Part shown: in pieces, positions 15,877-26,361 of the stretch | Layout: each line of letters starts with the position of its first letter | How positions within the stretch are numbered: position 1 is the stretch's first letter | NCBI GenBank assembly: GCA_964460745.1 | Contig: CAYWUR010000001.1 | Coordinates: 1-30,659, forward strand | DNA from: an uncultured Desulfobulbia bacterium | Lineage (GTDB): Bacteria > Desulfobacterota > Desulfobulbia > Desulfobulbales > BM004 | Direction of reading: 5' to 3' | Length of the DNA stretch: 30,659 nucleotides | The notes under the pieces: model-generated | Seen by the model: the letters and a program-made list of their open reading frames with translations, nothing else | Databases searched by the model: none | What the model was told of the DNA's origin: nothing | Position numbers and translations under genes: made by a program

Positions 15877-18800
15877 GTGAATGATCATCCCACAACGGAC
15901 AAATTCGGTTCAATATCCATTACGCCGGAAGATGAACGGCATGACACCGGGCGGGGAAACGAGCCCCCTGGCCCGGAGGTTGTCCCGCCCGGCAAAAAAA
16001 AGCCCGCCCGGTCCCGGCGGAAAAGGCTGTCTCTCTTTATTTTTTCGCTGATCATTGTCTACGGCCTTTATCTGCTGGCCGGCTTTATGCTTGTCCCCTA
16101 TCTGTGCCGCTCTTATCTGCCTGACCAATTAACGGCAATCATTCAAAGACCGGTTACGGTCGAAGCCGCTGAATTCAACCCTTTTTCTCTTACCCTGACC
16201 CTGCATGGCGGTATCATTGGACCCGGCCCTCTCCTCTCCTTTGACACATGGACGATTAATTTTGAGGCCGTTTCTCTGCTCAGGCAGGGCGTTGTTTGCA
16301 GAGCCGTGCAGATTGATAATCTTTTTCTGCGTATCGTGCGTAATAACGATTTAACTTACAATATCTTCAAGCTGCCGGCGACCGGGCCGCCGGCAGCTGA
16401 TACCGGCACGGCGGTCGGCTTTTTTTCTCGAATACCCTTACCTTTTTCGCTCAACAACATCCATGTCACCAACAGCCGCATCGCGTTTCTCGATGTCCCG
16501 ACCGGCAAAAAACACGCCATGGAAGAAATCAATCTGGCCCTGCCGATTCTGTCGAATTTTCCGTACCAGGCCGACAATTATATTATGCCCCGCTTTTCGG
16601 CCAGGATAAACGGCAGCCCGGTTAAAATCGCCGGCCGGACCAAAATTATGGCCGACCGCATCGAGACCCGGCTCAATTTGCGACTGACCGATATGGATGT
16701 GCCGGCTTATCTGGCGTATCTTCCCGGAAAATCCGGCCTTAATTTTACGCAGGGCAAAATGGATTTTAACCTTGATCTGCTTTTCTCTTCCGGCAAGACG
16801 GCCGAGACCCGGCTGCGGCTGGAGGGCGCCGCCATTATTAAAGATCTCTGGTTACAGGATCAAAAGGGCAAGGATCTCGCTAAAATCCCGGCGGTTGAAA
16901 TTGAGGGAAGTTGCGCCCCCTTGCTTAACAGCTGGCATATCAACAAGTTGCTCCTCGGGAAGCCGGTTTTTTATCTGGAAAAATCAGCGGCTGGTTTTTT
17001 CCGACTGCCGGAGAATAAATCGCCGACCGGCAATTTATTCTCCGGCAGGGCCGTGCAAATAGACAATTTCCGGATAAAAGACGGCACGCTCACCTTCATC
17101 GACCGTTTTATTGCCGGCGGCTTCGCCGGTACCTGGTCGGACATTGATTTTTCCCTCCATGATTTCAGCAGCGATCGTAAAAAACCGGCTGATTTTACAA
17201 TAAGCGGCAAAAATAAAAATAATGCCTTGCTGGCCGGCCGGGGCGAAATTTTTTCCACACCATCTAAGATTGACGCACGGCTGACGATCGACAATCTCCC
17301 GCTGCCGCATTTTCAACCCTATCTTAATGCCGCCGCAATAAATGCGGCCGGAGACTATCGGATAAAAAGCGGTCTTGCAAAAATAGCCGGCCGCCTGCTT
17401 ATCAATTCTTCCAGCGGTGAAGATAAAACACCCCGCCTGCTTATCAAAGAGCTGGGCGTCCATCTACAGAATCTTGTTCTAACGAAAAGAGACCGCGAAT
17501 GGCTGCGAATCCCGACCCTTGCCCTGCAAAAAGCGGCGGTGGATTTCCAGGATCACCGCCTCAATCTAGGCCGGATGAAGGCCGAAGACGCCTTTTGGCT
17601 GCTGAGACGTAATGACCCGGCATCGGAACGGCGGCAAGCGAAGAACGCCGGCGGCAACCGAAATCGACAAAAACAACCCTGGCACATAAGCCTGCAGGCT
17701 CTTGATCTACAGCGGTCCGACCTTACCGTCGAAGACATCTCCTTCCCGCTGATCCTGCAGTTGCACGAGATTGCCCTACAGGCGCACGACCTGGCAGGCC
17801 ACAAGGGACAAATCAATGCCGCGGCCCGCCTCAACGACAACGGCCGACTGCGACTGACCGGCGACATCTCGCTGTCTCCCTTTACCGCCACGCTTGAGGG
17901 CAGTATTGAAAAACTTAAGCTTGCCGGAATCAAACCCTTTATTAATTCCTGGTTCAAAAGGGAGGTGGTCAGCGGCGCCTTGCGGGCCAGCGGCGTCCTG
18001 CAACTGCCGGACTTTTCCTTTAGCGGCGAGGCGGAAATTGATAATTTCGCCGCAATAGCCGCCGGGGACGACAAAAAGGATAAAGCGGTCATCCGCTGGC
18101 GCAAAGCTGCAACTCGGAAAGTGCAACTGGCGACCAAGCCCCTTTCTCTCAAGATTGCCGCCCTCGATATCGAGCGGCCATATCTTGCCTGGACCATATT
18201 GGGTAAAGGCAAAACAAGCCTGGACAACCTTTTTGCGGCGACCGGCGGCGACCCTCAAAAAGAGCATAAAAAACCGATTGTTATCGGCATTGATTTAATA
18301 CGGCTGACCGGCGGCGAACTCGCCTTTGCCGACCGGGATATATCACCGCCATACGCCGTGACGATCAATAATATTAACGGCACGGCCAGCGATCTTCATA
18401 ACAAAACAGGCAACCGGACATTTTACGCCCTGCGCGGTACTGTTGCCGGAAGAGCGCCCCTGGTTTTATCAGGCGAAATCGGCGCATTCGACGACGAACT
18501 GTTCGCCGATTTATCCGTCGGCATAAGCAGGCTGGACATCAAACCCCTTTCGCCTTATATCGAGCCTCATCTGGGCTGGGAAATCAACACGGGCACGCTT
18601 GATATGGTGACATCATACAAACAAAAAAAGGGCCGCATCAAAGCCATCAATCGTCTCGATCTGACCGCCTTTAAACTTGGCAAATGGCTGCAGGGCAACA
18701 CCGCTCTGCCGGTCACCGTCGCCATGCTCATGGACCCGGCCGGCCACATTAAACTGGATATACCGGTCAACGGCGAAAGTCGCAACCCGGAATTCTCCTA

Positions 18801-19407
18801 TCAAACTGATTTTATTAAGGTACTCCGCAACTTGCTGCTCAAAACAGCGGTCAGCCCTTTTTCCATTTTAGGCTCGCTCTTCAAAAAAGAACAACCATTG
18901 GATCACCTCAATTTCCCATACGGCGAAACCAGATTGACCGATGAAGTTCGCGACAGCCTGGCGGATCTCGCCATAATTCTCAACAAACGGCCTTGGCTCA
19001 CCATTGAAATCAGAGGATATGCGGATGCCAAAGGCGACCGCGAAGCGATTATCGCCGCCCGGCAACGCCTGGCCGACCGGCAGCGCCTGACGGAAGCGGC
19101 CCGTCTTTCAAGCACCCTTACCTCTACGTACGGCCGGGAAGAAATCCCGCCGGTCCCGCTTCCCCAGGCAGGCAGTCGTGGGACGATTCAGGAACAACGG
19201 CGGCCCGCCTTTAAGGTTAACTACAAAACACTGCTTAAACTGGCGCGGAACCGCGCTTTGAAAATAAGGCAATATTTGGTGGAACAGCTGAAAATCGCGC
19301 CGGTCCGGGTATCGATCAACAAGGACGAGATCTTGACGCCCGCCGTTTCCCTGGGACGCTCCGGCAACCGAATAGACTTCACGCTGGGACATCTCCGTAC
19401 CCAGTGA
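15877..19407 (+). CDS. DUF748-repeat (AsmA-like) envelope protein with C-terminal OmpA-like domain
   Basis: N-terminal TM anchor (YLLAGFMLVP), FNPFSLTL motif, repeated beta-rich DUF748-like segments, LDIPVNG, C-terminal IEIRGYAD...LARNRA..IR.YL. GTG start with upstream AGGAG. Confidence 0.75.
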   Translation: MNDHPTTDKFGSISITPEDERHDTGRGNEPPGPEVVPPGKKKPARSRRKRLSLFIFSLIIVYGLYLLAGFMLVPYLCRSYLPDQLTAIIQRPVTVEAAEFNPFSLTLTLHGGIIGPGPLLSFDTWTINFEAVSLLRQGVVCRAVQIDNLFLRIVRNNDLTYNIFKLPATGPPAADTGTAVGFFSRIPLPFSLNNIHVTNSRIAFLDVPTGKKHAMEEINLALPILSNFPYQADNYIMPRFSARINGSPVKIAGRTKIMADRIETRLNLRLTDMDVPAYLAYLPGKSGLNFTQGKMDFNLDLLFSSGKTAETRLRLEGAAIIKDLWLQDQKGKDLAKIPAVEIEGSCAPLLNSWHINKLLLGKPVFYLEKSAAGFFRLPENKSPTGNLFSGRAVQIDNFRIKDGTLTFIDRFIAGGFAGTWSDIDFSLHDFSSDRKKPADFTISGKNKNNALLAGRGEIFSTPSKIDARLTIDNLPLPHFQPYLNAAAINAAGDYRIKSGLAKIAGRLLINSSSGEDKTPRLLIKELGVHLQNLVLTKRDREWLRIPTLALQKAAVDFQDHRLNLGRMKAEDAFWLLRRNDPASERRQAKNAGGNRNRQKQPWHISLQALDLQRSDLTVEDISFPLILQLHEIALQAHDLAGHKGQINAAARLNDNGRLRLTGDISLSPFTATLEGSIEKLKLAGIKPFINSWFKREVVSGALRASGVLQLPDFSFSGEAEIDNFAAIAAGDDKKDKAVIRWRKAATRKVQLATKPLSLKIAALDIERPYLAWTILGKGKTSLDNLFAATGGDPQKEHKKPIVIGIDLIRLTGGELAFADRDISPPYAVTINNINGTASDLHNKTGNRTFYALRGTVAGRAPLVLSGEIGAFDDELFADLSVGISRLDIKPLSPYIEPHLGWEINTGTLDMVTSYKQKKGRIKAINRLDLTAFKLGKWLQGNTALPVTVAMLMDPAGHIKLDIPVNGESRNPEFSYQTDFIKVLRNLLLKTAVSPFSILGSLFKKEQPLDHLNFPYGETRLTDEVRDSLADLAIILNKRPWLTIEIRGYADAKGDREAIIAARQRLADRQRLTEAARLSSTLTSTYGREEIPPVPLPQAGSRGTIQEQRRPAFKVNYKTLLKLARNRALKIRQYLVEQLKIAPVRVSINKDEILTPAVSLGRSGNRIDFTLGHLRTQ

Positions 19408-19411
19408 TCGT

Positions 19412-21331
19412 CTACAGCCCCCAGAGTTTTTCCTGTAATCCTGATTCGCGCTTGACCCCGGCGGCCAGAGCCCGGCGCACCACGTCAATCCCGCCCCGGA
19501 TCTCTACTGTTTTCCTTGCCCTGGTTATCGCCGTATAGATAAGCTCCCTGGTCAATACCGGCGAAGTTCCATCCGGCAGGATGAGGAGAATATCGTCGAA
19601 TTCCGACCCCTGACTTTTATGGACGGTCATCGCATAAACGGTTTCATGGGGCGGCAGCCGCATGGGCAAAAATTTACGGCTGCCGCCGGCCGGGTCCGGA
19701 AAAAAGACCCGAACAGGCGCCGATTGCGCCGGGCTTTGCGGTTCCGCCTCCGGATCAGTCAGAAATATTCCCACATCACCGTTATAAAGCTGCAAGGCAT
19801 AGCTGTTTTGATTGATCATGACCGGCCGGCCCGGGTAGTCATCAGGGCGGTCGGCGGCGATTAATTTTTTGCCGGCCAGGATGCGTTCCACCGTCCGGTT
19901 TATGCTGTCGACCCCATATGGCCCCTTGCGCAGAGCGCAAAGAATACGCCCCCGGTCCAGGGCGGCAAAAGCCGCCGCCGGCGAGACGGTCGCCGAAGAG
20001 CCGGCCCAGGCCGGATGTTGGGCAACAACAGCGCTTTTAAGCAGCATTTCCTCAAGCTCCGCCGGCGGGGGCGTGGCCTTTAAGGCTATATCCGTATACT
20101 TGCCGTCAGCCAGAACCGCCAGGGCGGTATCGGCATCGCCCTGATTAACGGCCCGGCTCAGGGCACGGATGCCGCTGTCAGGGGCAAAGCGAAAACTTTG
20201 ACGCAGTTCAACGATAGAATCCTGTAGATTTAATTTTTCGCCGATAGGCGGCCCGCTCTTATGGCCCTTAAGCTTTTGCCCGGCAAGTTGCAAAACATGC
20301 TTACGGAATTCTTCGGAAAAAACCGGCAGATAGTCCGGCCGGCAGATGTCGCCCAACACGGCGCCCGGTTCCACCGAGGCCAATTGATCCCGGTCCCCCA
20401 GGATAATGAGCCGGGCCGCCGCCGGCACCGCGGCCATCAATTTTGCCATCATGGGCAGGTCCACCATGGATGCCTCATCAACTACTATAACATCGGCCGG
20501 CAGAGGATTATCGCTGTTGAACCGGAAATATGGTGAACCGGGAATAGGGCCGAGCAGACGGTGCAGGGTCAAGACCTGCGCGGGAATGGCATCACGAGTC
20601 TCCGTCGCGGTCTGCAGCCGGGTCCGGGCCCGGCCCAGGGCTTCCTGTAGCCGCACGGCCGCCTTGCCCGTGGGGGCCGCCAGCACAATACGGAGTCGAC
20701 CGCGGCCCCTGGCCTGTTCAAGAAGCAGGGCTAGTATTTTTGCCACCGTAAAAGTCTTGCCGGTGCCGGGTCCGCCGGTGATAACGCAAAACGGCCGCAG
20801 CATAGCGGCAATCGCCGCTATTTTCTGCCAATCTATCTGCCGGGACGGCGCTTCCGGAAGAGCCGGGGGAAAAAGGCGTCGTAATCCCGCCGCCAGAAGA
20901 GAAAAATCAATATCGCCGGTCGGCGCGGCGCCGCGTTTTTTGATAAAATCCGCCACGGCCGTTTCATATTCCCAATATCGGTGGAAATAGAGCCGGCCCT
21001 GATCATCGAGGACAAGCGGCTTATATTCCCCCGGCCGGCCCGTAACCCCGCTTTGCAAAAGCTGCCGGGACCAGTCGGCAAGTTCCGGGCAGATAAAATT
21101 TTCACCCGCATAGGCGTTCCCGTTTTCCGCGGCAGGCGCCCACGGCCGGCCGGCCGATTCGGCAAGATTAAGGCAGATATGGCCTTCGGCTATCCTTTTG
21201 CTGACTAATGCCGCCGCCAGCCGCAGGGCGGCGCTATCCCTGCCGGCCAGCCGGGACATAAACGCGGCAAAATGCCGGTCAAGGCTCGAAAAAAACCGCT
21301 CGTTACCGGCTAAAAAATCATTTTTCAACAT
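19412..21331 (-). CDS. recD: Exodeoxyribonuclease V alpha subunit
   Basis: ITGGPGTGKT, APTGKAA, TLHRLLG, VVDEASMVD, LGDRDQLASVEPG, NGDVG, YAMTVHKSQGSEF, YTAITRAR motifs. Confidence 0.95.
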   Translation of the reverse strand: MLKNDFLAGNERFFSSLDRHFAAFMSRLAGRDSAALRLAAALVSKRIAEGHICLNLAESAGRPWAPAAENGNAYAGENFICPELADWSRQLLQSGVTGRPGEYKPLVLDDQGRLYFHRYWEYETAVADFIKKRGAAPTGDIDFSLLAAGLRRLFPPALPEAPSRQIDWQKIAAIAAMLRPFCVITGGPGTGKTFTVAKILALLLEQARGRGRLRIVLAAPTGKAAVRLQEALGRARTRLQTATETRDAIPAQVLTLHRLLGPIPGSPYFRFNSDNPLPADVIVVDEASMVDLPMMAKLMAAVPAAARLIILGDRDQLASVEPGAVLGDICRPDYLPVFSEEFRKHVLQLAGQKLKGHKSGPPIGEKLNLQDSIVELRQSFRFAPDSGIRALSRAVNQGDADTALAVLADGKYTDIALKATPPPAELEEMLLKSAVVAQHPAWAGSSATVSPAAAFAALDRGRILCALRKGPYGVDSINRTVERILAGKKLIAADRPDDYPGRPVMINQNSYALQLYNGDVGIFLTDPEAEPQSPAQSAPVRVFFPDPAGGSRKFLPMRLPPHETVYAMTVHKSQGSEFDDILLILPDGTSPVLTRELIYTAITRARKTVEIRGGIDVVRRALAAGVKRESGLQEKLWGL

Positions 21332-21335
21332 GGCG

Positions 21336-24300
21336 TCAACAGCGCTGATCGCGTTCAGATATTAATAAAGCAGCAAGTTCCTTAATCAGGGCGGCGGCCG
21401 GCACGTCATGGTAAATTCCAAAGTCCGGGCCGGCATCACGGTCAACGCCGCGCAGAAAGATATAAAAAACTCCGCCGAAATGTTTATCATAACAGTAGCC
21501 GGGCAGCCGAACGGCAAGATATTGATGCAGCGCCACCGTATATATATGGTACTGCAGGGTATATAAATCCGCCTGCATCACCGCCGCAAGCTGCCGCCGG
21601 TGATAATCCGCCGGCCGGTTGCCGAGAAAATTGGACTTCCAGTCCACCAGATAATAACGGCCGTCAAATTCAAAAACCAGGTCGATAAAACCCTTCATAA
21701 AGCCCTGCATGCGAACCGAGGAAATGCCGCCAAGCTCTTCAGCCAACCCCGCGGCACTTCCGTTTTTTTTAAAAATACGGATAAAATCCCTGATTGTCAC
21801 GGCCGCCAAAGGGAAATAAAATTCCAGTTCATTCAGGCGCTGCCGGGCGGCAACGCGGCCGAGCCGCAAGTCCGGCCGGCTCGCAAGCAGCGGCGTGGCG
21901 CACAGGTTGTCGATCATCGCCTGGATAACATCCCGCCATAAGGGATCAAAACCATATTCCTGCAATTTATCCCGCATAAGCATGGAAGTCTGCGCCGCTT
22001 CATTATTTGTAAAATCAAGATGTTCCAGCAGATCGTGCAAAAAGACGCCGGGCCGCGCGCCATGCGGAAAGTCAAAAATAGTCGCCCCCGGCTCCCCTTG
22101 CAACTGCTCGGCAAAACGATGTTGCGCAAGAGGACGGCCGGCGGTTATAGCGGAAAAACTGGTAACCTGCCAACTGGTGTCGATAAGCCCGGCAAACCGC
22201 CGGCAATGAGGCGCAACACCGCCGCCGGCCGGGGAAGTATAAGCGGCCGGCGCCGCGTCGGGCAACGCCCTCAGCCGAATACTGCCGTCACCCGCCGTCA
22301 CCAGCCTTTTGAGATCCTGCCACATCTCGCTGCCGGTCAAGCCGGCCAGTCGCTCGGCAGTAGCCGCCATTAACGAAAAAGAATCGGCGGCCGGCCGGCG
22401 GGGCCGGGGCTGATGAAACAGATAGGCCGGCGCCGAGGTCTCGGCGCCGCGTATCGGCCCCCATACCAGATAACAACGGTGTATGGCCCTGGTCAGCGCC
22501 ACATACAGGAGCCGCAGGTTTTCAGCCAGCTCCTCCCCGGCGGCCTGTTGCCGATGCTCCTCCTGGTCCGGAGAGCCGATATCCAGAACGAGCCGGTAGC
22601 CCTTCTCCCGGCGATGAAAGGTAAACTCCTTTTTTGTCGTTATCCTTGAACCCCGCCAGAGAAAAGGGCAGAAAACCACCGGATATTCAAGGCCCTTGGC
22701 CTTATGCACCGTCACAATCCGCACGCAATCGGCATCGCTCTCCAGCCGCAGCTGATGCTCTTCATTCACCGCCTGCCGCTCGCGGCGCTGCTCGGCAAGA
22801 TATTTCAACAACCCGGCTATGTTTAAATGCCGGGTAACCACGGCCTGATGCAAAACCTCCACAAGATGGAGAAGGTTGGTCAGCCGCCGCTCCCCGTCCG
22901 TAAAGCCGAGGAGACGGCTGCGGATGCGGTTGTCGGCCATAAAGGCGCGAAACATGGCCACGAAACCGGCCCGTTCCCACAACTCGAAAAAATACCGAAA
23001 TCCGGTCAGCCATTCTTCCCAGGCGACCTCATCATGGTTCAGCTTTTCAAGCTCGACACCGCTTACGCCCATGATATCGGTGGCCAGGGCCGCCTTGATT
23101 TTCCGGTCATTGCCGGGCGCCGCCAGGGCGGCCAACAGTCGTTCCATTTCTTCGGCTTCATGGGAGACGAACAGGCTTTCCATGCTGTGCAGCACGCAGG
23201 GAACGCCGCAGGCCGCCAACTGCTGCTGCGTCAGCCGGGCCTCTCTGTTGGTCAGCACCAGGATGGCGATATCGCCGGGCGCTAAAGGCCGGTCGCCAAG
23301 CAACGCCTTTTGTTCCCGGCCGAGATTAAGGAGACGAACCACTTCCGCCGCCATTGCCGGCAATATAATATCCCGGGCCTTGCCCTGGGGAATCGCCGTC
23401 CGCATCACCTTTTGTTCAGGCTCGGCCTGTAATTCAGCGCCGCCCGGGACCCATAAATGAAAAGGCGCTTCAATTTTGCCGTTGATGCGCAGGGCAAGGC
23501 TGTCATCCTTCGCCGCCGCGGCCACCGGCTGAAAGGGAATTTCCTTGAAAATAAAAGGAGCCCGCCCTTCCTTGAAAATAGCATTAACCGCCCTGATAAG
23601 CCCGGGCGTCGAACGCCAGTTTGTTCCCAGGGTGTGACGGCAGCCGTTGGCGGACGCCCTGGCCGCCGCCTGCATATATGCGAAGATATCCGCGCCGCGA
23701 AAGCTGTAAATGGCCTGCTTGGGGTCGCCGATAAGAAAAAGGAGCCGGCCGTTGTTTTTATAAATCAGCTGAAAGATTTCATACTGGATCGGATCGGTGT
23801 CCTGAAACTCGTCAATAAGGGCGACCGGATATTTCCCGGCAACGGCGGCGGCCAGCAATGATCCGTGCCGGCCGGTAAGCCCTTTGTGAAGCTGGACAAG
23901 AAGATCGTCAAAAAAATAGATCTGCAGACGGTCTTTGCGAACGGCCAGTTCTTTTTTATAGTAAGCGAATAACTCGTTTTTCAAGGCCTTGAGACAGAGC
24001 TCAAACCTATCCAGCAGATTCTGCCGCGTCTGTTGCACAACTTCGCACAGGTCAAAAAAAGGCAGCCGCGGCGGTGGTTTGTTTTTTTTGGTGCCGACGG
24101 CAATGCCGGTGGCGGTGAATTTCTCGAATTTTTTAAAAAGATCAAGGGTGGGACGCGCCGCCGACGCCAGCGCCTCCATGGCGTCTATCAAGGCGGGAAT
24201 GCCGCCGCGCTTGTAGCTGGTCTGCTTAAGATTTTCATCGTTCAGTAAAATCCGTTCCACATCATGGCAGGCCGCCGGCCAGGCCCGGCACATCGCCCGA

Positions 24301-24956
24301 AAGGCCCGGCTGAAATCTCCCTCCATTTCGGTCAGGCCGGCGCCGGCGTCTTTTACTGCGATTTCAGGGATAATTTGCAGATAGGGTTTAGCCTGATGTT
24401 CCCGCAATAAGGCATAAAAAGAATCCGGCGTTATTCGACGCCGCGCATAATCCACAAATAATCCGGAGCCCTGATAAAAATGCCGCCGCCAGAAATCTTC
24501 TACAATTTCGCGGCGCAACTGCTCCACATCAACGACCAGCTCGGTATCGAAAAACACGCCGCTTTCAAGGCTGTTTTCGCGCAGCATCCGCTGACAAAAA
24601 CCGTGAATGGTGAAGATGCCGGCCTCGTCAAAGCCGTGCAGAGCCTCGGTAAGCCGCTGTCTGACAAGACCGTGGTCGGCAAACCGCTGTAGCAGGGCCG
24701 CCAGGAACTCATCCTCGCTGTCGCCTGTCATAAAGGCGGTCAGGGCCTCGCGCAGCTTCTTTCTGATCCGGTCTCTTAAATCCTCGGTTGCCGCTTCGGT
24801 ATAAGTTACCACCAGAATCTGTTGAATGGCAAAATCTTCTTCCAGAAGCAGACGCAGCAGCAAACCGCAAATAGTGTAGGTCTTGCCGGTGCCGGCGCTG
24901 GCGTCAATGAGATTGATGCCGGTAAGCTGACAGGTTAACGGATCAAAGGTGTTCAT
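21336..24956 (-). CDS. recB: Exodeoxyribonuclease V beta subunit
   Basis: ASAGTGKTY, VVTYTEAATEDL, IFTIHGFC, IDEFQDTD, IGDPKQAIYSFRGAD, TVHKAKGLEY, YVALTRA; nuclease motif KGFIDLVF...DWKSN. ATG at 24956 preferred over TTG at 24980. Confidence 0.95.
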   Translation of the reverse strand: MNTFDPLTCQLTGINLIDASAGTGKTYTICGLLLRLLLEEDFAIQQILVVTYTEAATEDLRDRIRKKLREALTAFMTGDSEDEFLAALLQRFADHGLVRQRLTEALHGFDEAGIFTIHGFCQRMLRENSLESGVFFDTELVVDVEQLRREIVEDFWRRHFYQGSGLFVDYARRRITPDSFYALLREHQAKPYLQIIPEIAVKDAGAGLTEMEGDFSRAFRAMCRAWPAACHDVERILLNDENLKQTSYKRGGIPALIDAMEALASAARPTLDLFKKFEKFTATGIAVGTKKNKPPPRLPFFDLCEVVQQTRQNLLDRFELCLKALKNELFAYYKKELAVRKDRLQIYFFDDLLVQLHKGLTGRHGSLLAAAVAGKYPVALIDEFQDTDPIQYEIFQLIYKNNGRLLFLIGDPKQAIYSFRGADIFAYMQAAARASANGCRHTLGTNWRSTPGLIRAVNAIFKEGRAPFIFKEIPFQPVAAAAKDDSLALRINGKIEAPFHLWVPGGAELQAEPEQKVMRTAIPQGKARDIILPAMAAEVVRLLNLGREQKALLGDRPLAPGDIAILVLTNREARLTQQQLAACGVPCVLHSMESLFVSHEAEEMERLLAALAAPGNDRKIKAALATDIMGVSGVELEKLNHDEVAWEEWLTGFRYFFELWERAGFVAMFRAFMADNRIRSRLLGFTDGERRLTNLLHLVEVLHQAVVTRHLNIAGLLKYLAEQRRERQAVNEEHQLRLESDADCVRIVTVHKAKGLEYPVVFCPFLWRGSRITTKKEFTFHRREKGYRLVLDIGSPDQEEHRQQAAGEELAENLRLLYVALTRAIHRCYLVWGPIRGAETSAPAYLFHQPRPRRPAADSFSLMAATAERLAGLTGSEMWQDLKRLVTAGDGSIRLRALPDAAPAAYTSPAGGGVAPHCRRFAGLIDTSWQVTSFSAITAGRPLAQHRFAEQLQGEPGATIFDFPHGARPGVFLHDLLEHLDFTNNEAAQTSMLMRDKLQEYGFDPLWRDVIQAMIDNLCATPLLASRPDLRLGRVAARQRLNELEFYFPLAAVTIRDFIRIFKKNGSAAGLAEELGGISSVRMQGFMKGFIDLVFEFDGRYYLVDWKSNFLGNRPADYHRRQLAAVMQADLYTLQYHIYTVALHQYLAVRLPGYCYDKHFGGVFYIFLRGVDRDAGPDFGIYHDVPAAALIKELAALLISERDQRC

Positions 24957-24969
24957 AGCCGGCTGCGTT

Positions 24970-25473
24970 CTATCCAGCAATCGATTGGATCCTGTTTATC
25001 TTATATTGCAGATAAAAATTTAAAAATAAGAAGGTAAGGAGGCTTGAAAAATTGATGTTCATCTGTAGATAATTATTAAAATGATCCATTAGTATACGTT
25101 TGACTTTAAAAACCTGGGGGATGAGGACGCTCAGCATCACCAGGCATATCACATTGGTTAAAAGATCCAGAATATTCAGTGATGTCGGCGCGTCAAAACC
25201 GCCCGACACCAAGGCCGCGGCCCGCATGAACCCCGAATAAAGACCAGCTACAGCCACCAGGGAAAACACCGCGATCCCGGTGACAAAAACACCCTTGCCC
25301 AGCTTTTCCCGGCTGTGCAGGCTGTTAATCGCCGCCCGTCTGGTCAAAAACCATATGGGGAAATAAATCATGCCGGAAAGAAGAGTGAGAAAAACAACCG
25401 TGGCAACAGGCGTTTTTTTAAGATCCGTTTTTTTCTTGCCCCGCAGCCGCGGCAGCCGTCTTTTCGTAACCAT
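24970..25473 (-). CDS. DUF4234-like membrane protein
   Basis: K..V..V.FLTLLSG.IYF.IWF and C-terminal LLTFLF..FYLQYKIN patterns; four hydrophobic segments. ATG at 25473 avoids overlap with the DUF72 gene. Confidence 0.65.
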   Translation of the reverse strand: MVTKRRLPRLRGKKKTDLKKTPVATVVFLTLLSGMIYFPIWFLTRRAAINSLHSREKLGKGVFVTGIAVFSLVAVAGLYSGFMRAAALVSGGFDAPTSLNILDLLTNVICLVMLSVLIPQVFKVKRILMDHFNNYLQMNINFSSLLTFLFLNFYLQYKINRIQSIAG

Positions 25474-25481
25474 GTTGCCTG

Positions 25482-25490
25482 TGGTATAAT
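25482..25490 (+). promoter_or_regulatory. Extended -10 promoter element upstream of the DUF72 gene
   Basis: TG-G-TATAAT, a perfect TGnTATAAT, 34 nt before the ATG at 25525. Confidence 0.55.
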
Positions 25491-25524
25491 GAATTCCACT
25501 GAATTCTGCAATTTCTTTAAACAA

Positions 25525-26262
25525 ATGACATCCTCTACCATACATATCGGCACCTCCGGCTGGCATTACCGGCACTGGCGGGGAAATTTCTATCCAGCCG
25601 GCCTGGCGCCGCCCCATTTTCTTGAATTTTACTGCCGGCAATTTCAGACAGTGGAGATCAACAACTCCTTTTACCGCCTGCCGCTGGAAAAGACCCTGGC
25701 CGCCTGGCGGGCGGCGGCGCCGACCGACTTTCTATTCGCCGTCAAGGCCGGCCGTTTTCTCACCCACATGAAAAAGCTCAAGGACGCCGCCGAACCGCTC
25801 GACTATTTCCTGACCAGAATCGCCATACTGGGCGACAAGCTTGGCCCTGTCCTCTTCCAGTTGCCGCCGCGCTGGCAATGCAATGTCGAGCGGCTCACCG
25901 CTTTTCTGGCGCTATTGCCGGACCAATTTCGCTACGCCTTTGAGTTCCGCGATGAAAGCTGGTTCCGCCAACCGGTTTACGATGCCCTCCGCCGGGCAAA
26001 CGCCGCCTTCTGCATCTATCACCTGGCCGGTCGGTCGGCGCCCCGCCAAGTCACGGCGGACTTTATCTATATCAGGCTACATGGCCCGGCCGCACCATAC
26101 AGCGGCAAATATGACGACCGGACCTTAGCCGAATGGGCCGACGCCATCTCCGCCTGGCAGCGCCAAGGCAAGGATGTTTTCTGCTATTTTGACAACGACC
26201 AACACGGTTACGCCGCCGCCAACGCCCGCCGACTGGCGGAAATTCTTAACCAGCTCGCCTGA
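25525..26262 (+). CDS. DUF72 (YecE-like) family protein
   Basis: IHIGTSGW.Y..W, VEINNSFYR, FAVKA, LGPVLFQLPP, AFEFR..SW, YIRLHG, FCYFDND motifs. ATG at 25525. Confidence 0.9.
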   Translation: MTSSTIHIGTSGWHYRHWRGNFYPAGLAPPHFLEFYCRQFQTVEINNSFYRLPLEKTLAAWRAAAPTDFLFAVKAGRFLTHMKKLKDAAEPLDYFLTRIAILGDKLGPVLFQLPPRWQCNVERLTAFLALLPDQFRYAFEFRDESWFRQPVYDALRRANAAFCIYHLAGRSAPRQVTADFIYIRLHGPAAPYSGKYDDRTLAEWADAISAWQRQGKDVFCYFDNDQHGYAAANARRLAEILNQLA

Positions 26263-26332
26263 TTTCCTCCTGAAATTATCTCTTTATATCAAACTATTAT
26301 CCTTAAACGCCAGTTTTTTACTGTAATTATAC

Positions 26333-26361
26333 TTGCATTCTTTATCTATTAATTATACTCT
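26333..26361 (+). promoter_or_regulatory. Possible sigma70 promoter for the RHS gene
   Basis: TTGCAT (26333-26338), 17-nt spacer, TACTCT (26356-26361) within an AT-rich intergenic region. Confidence 0.35.
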
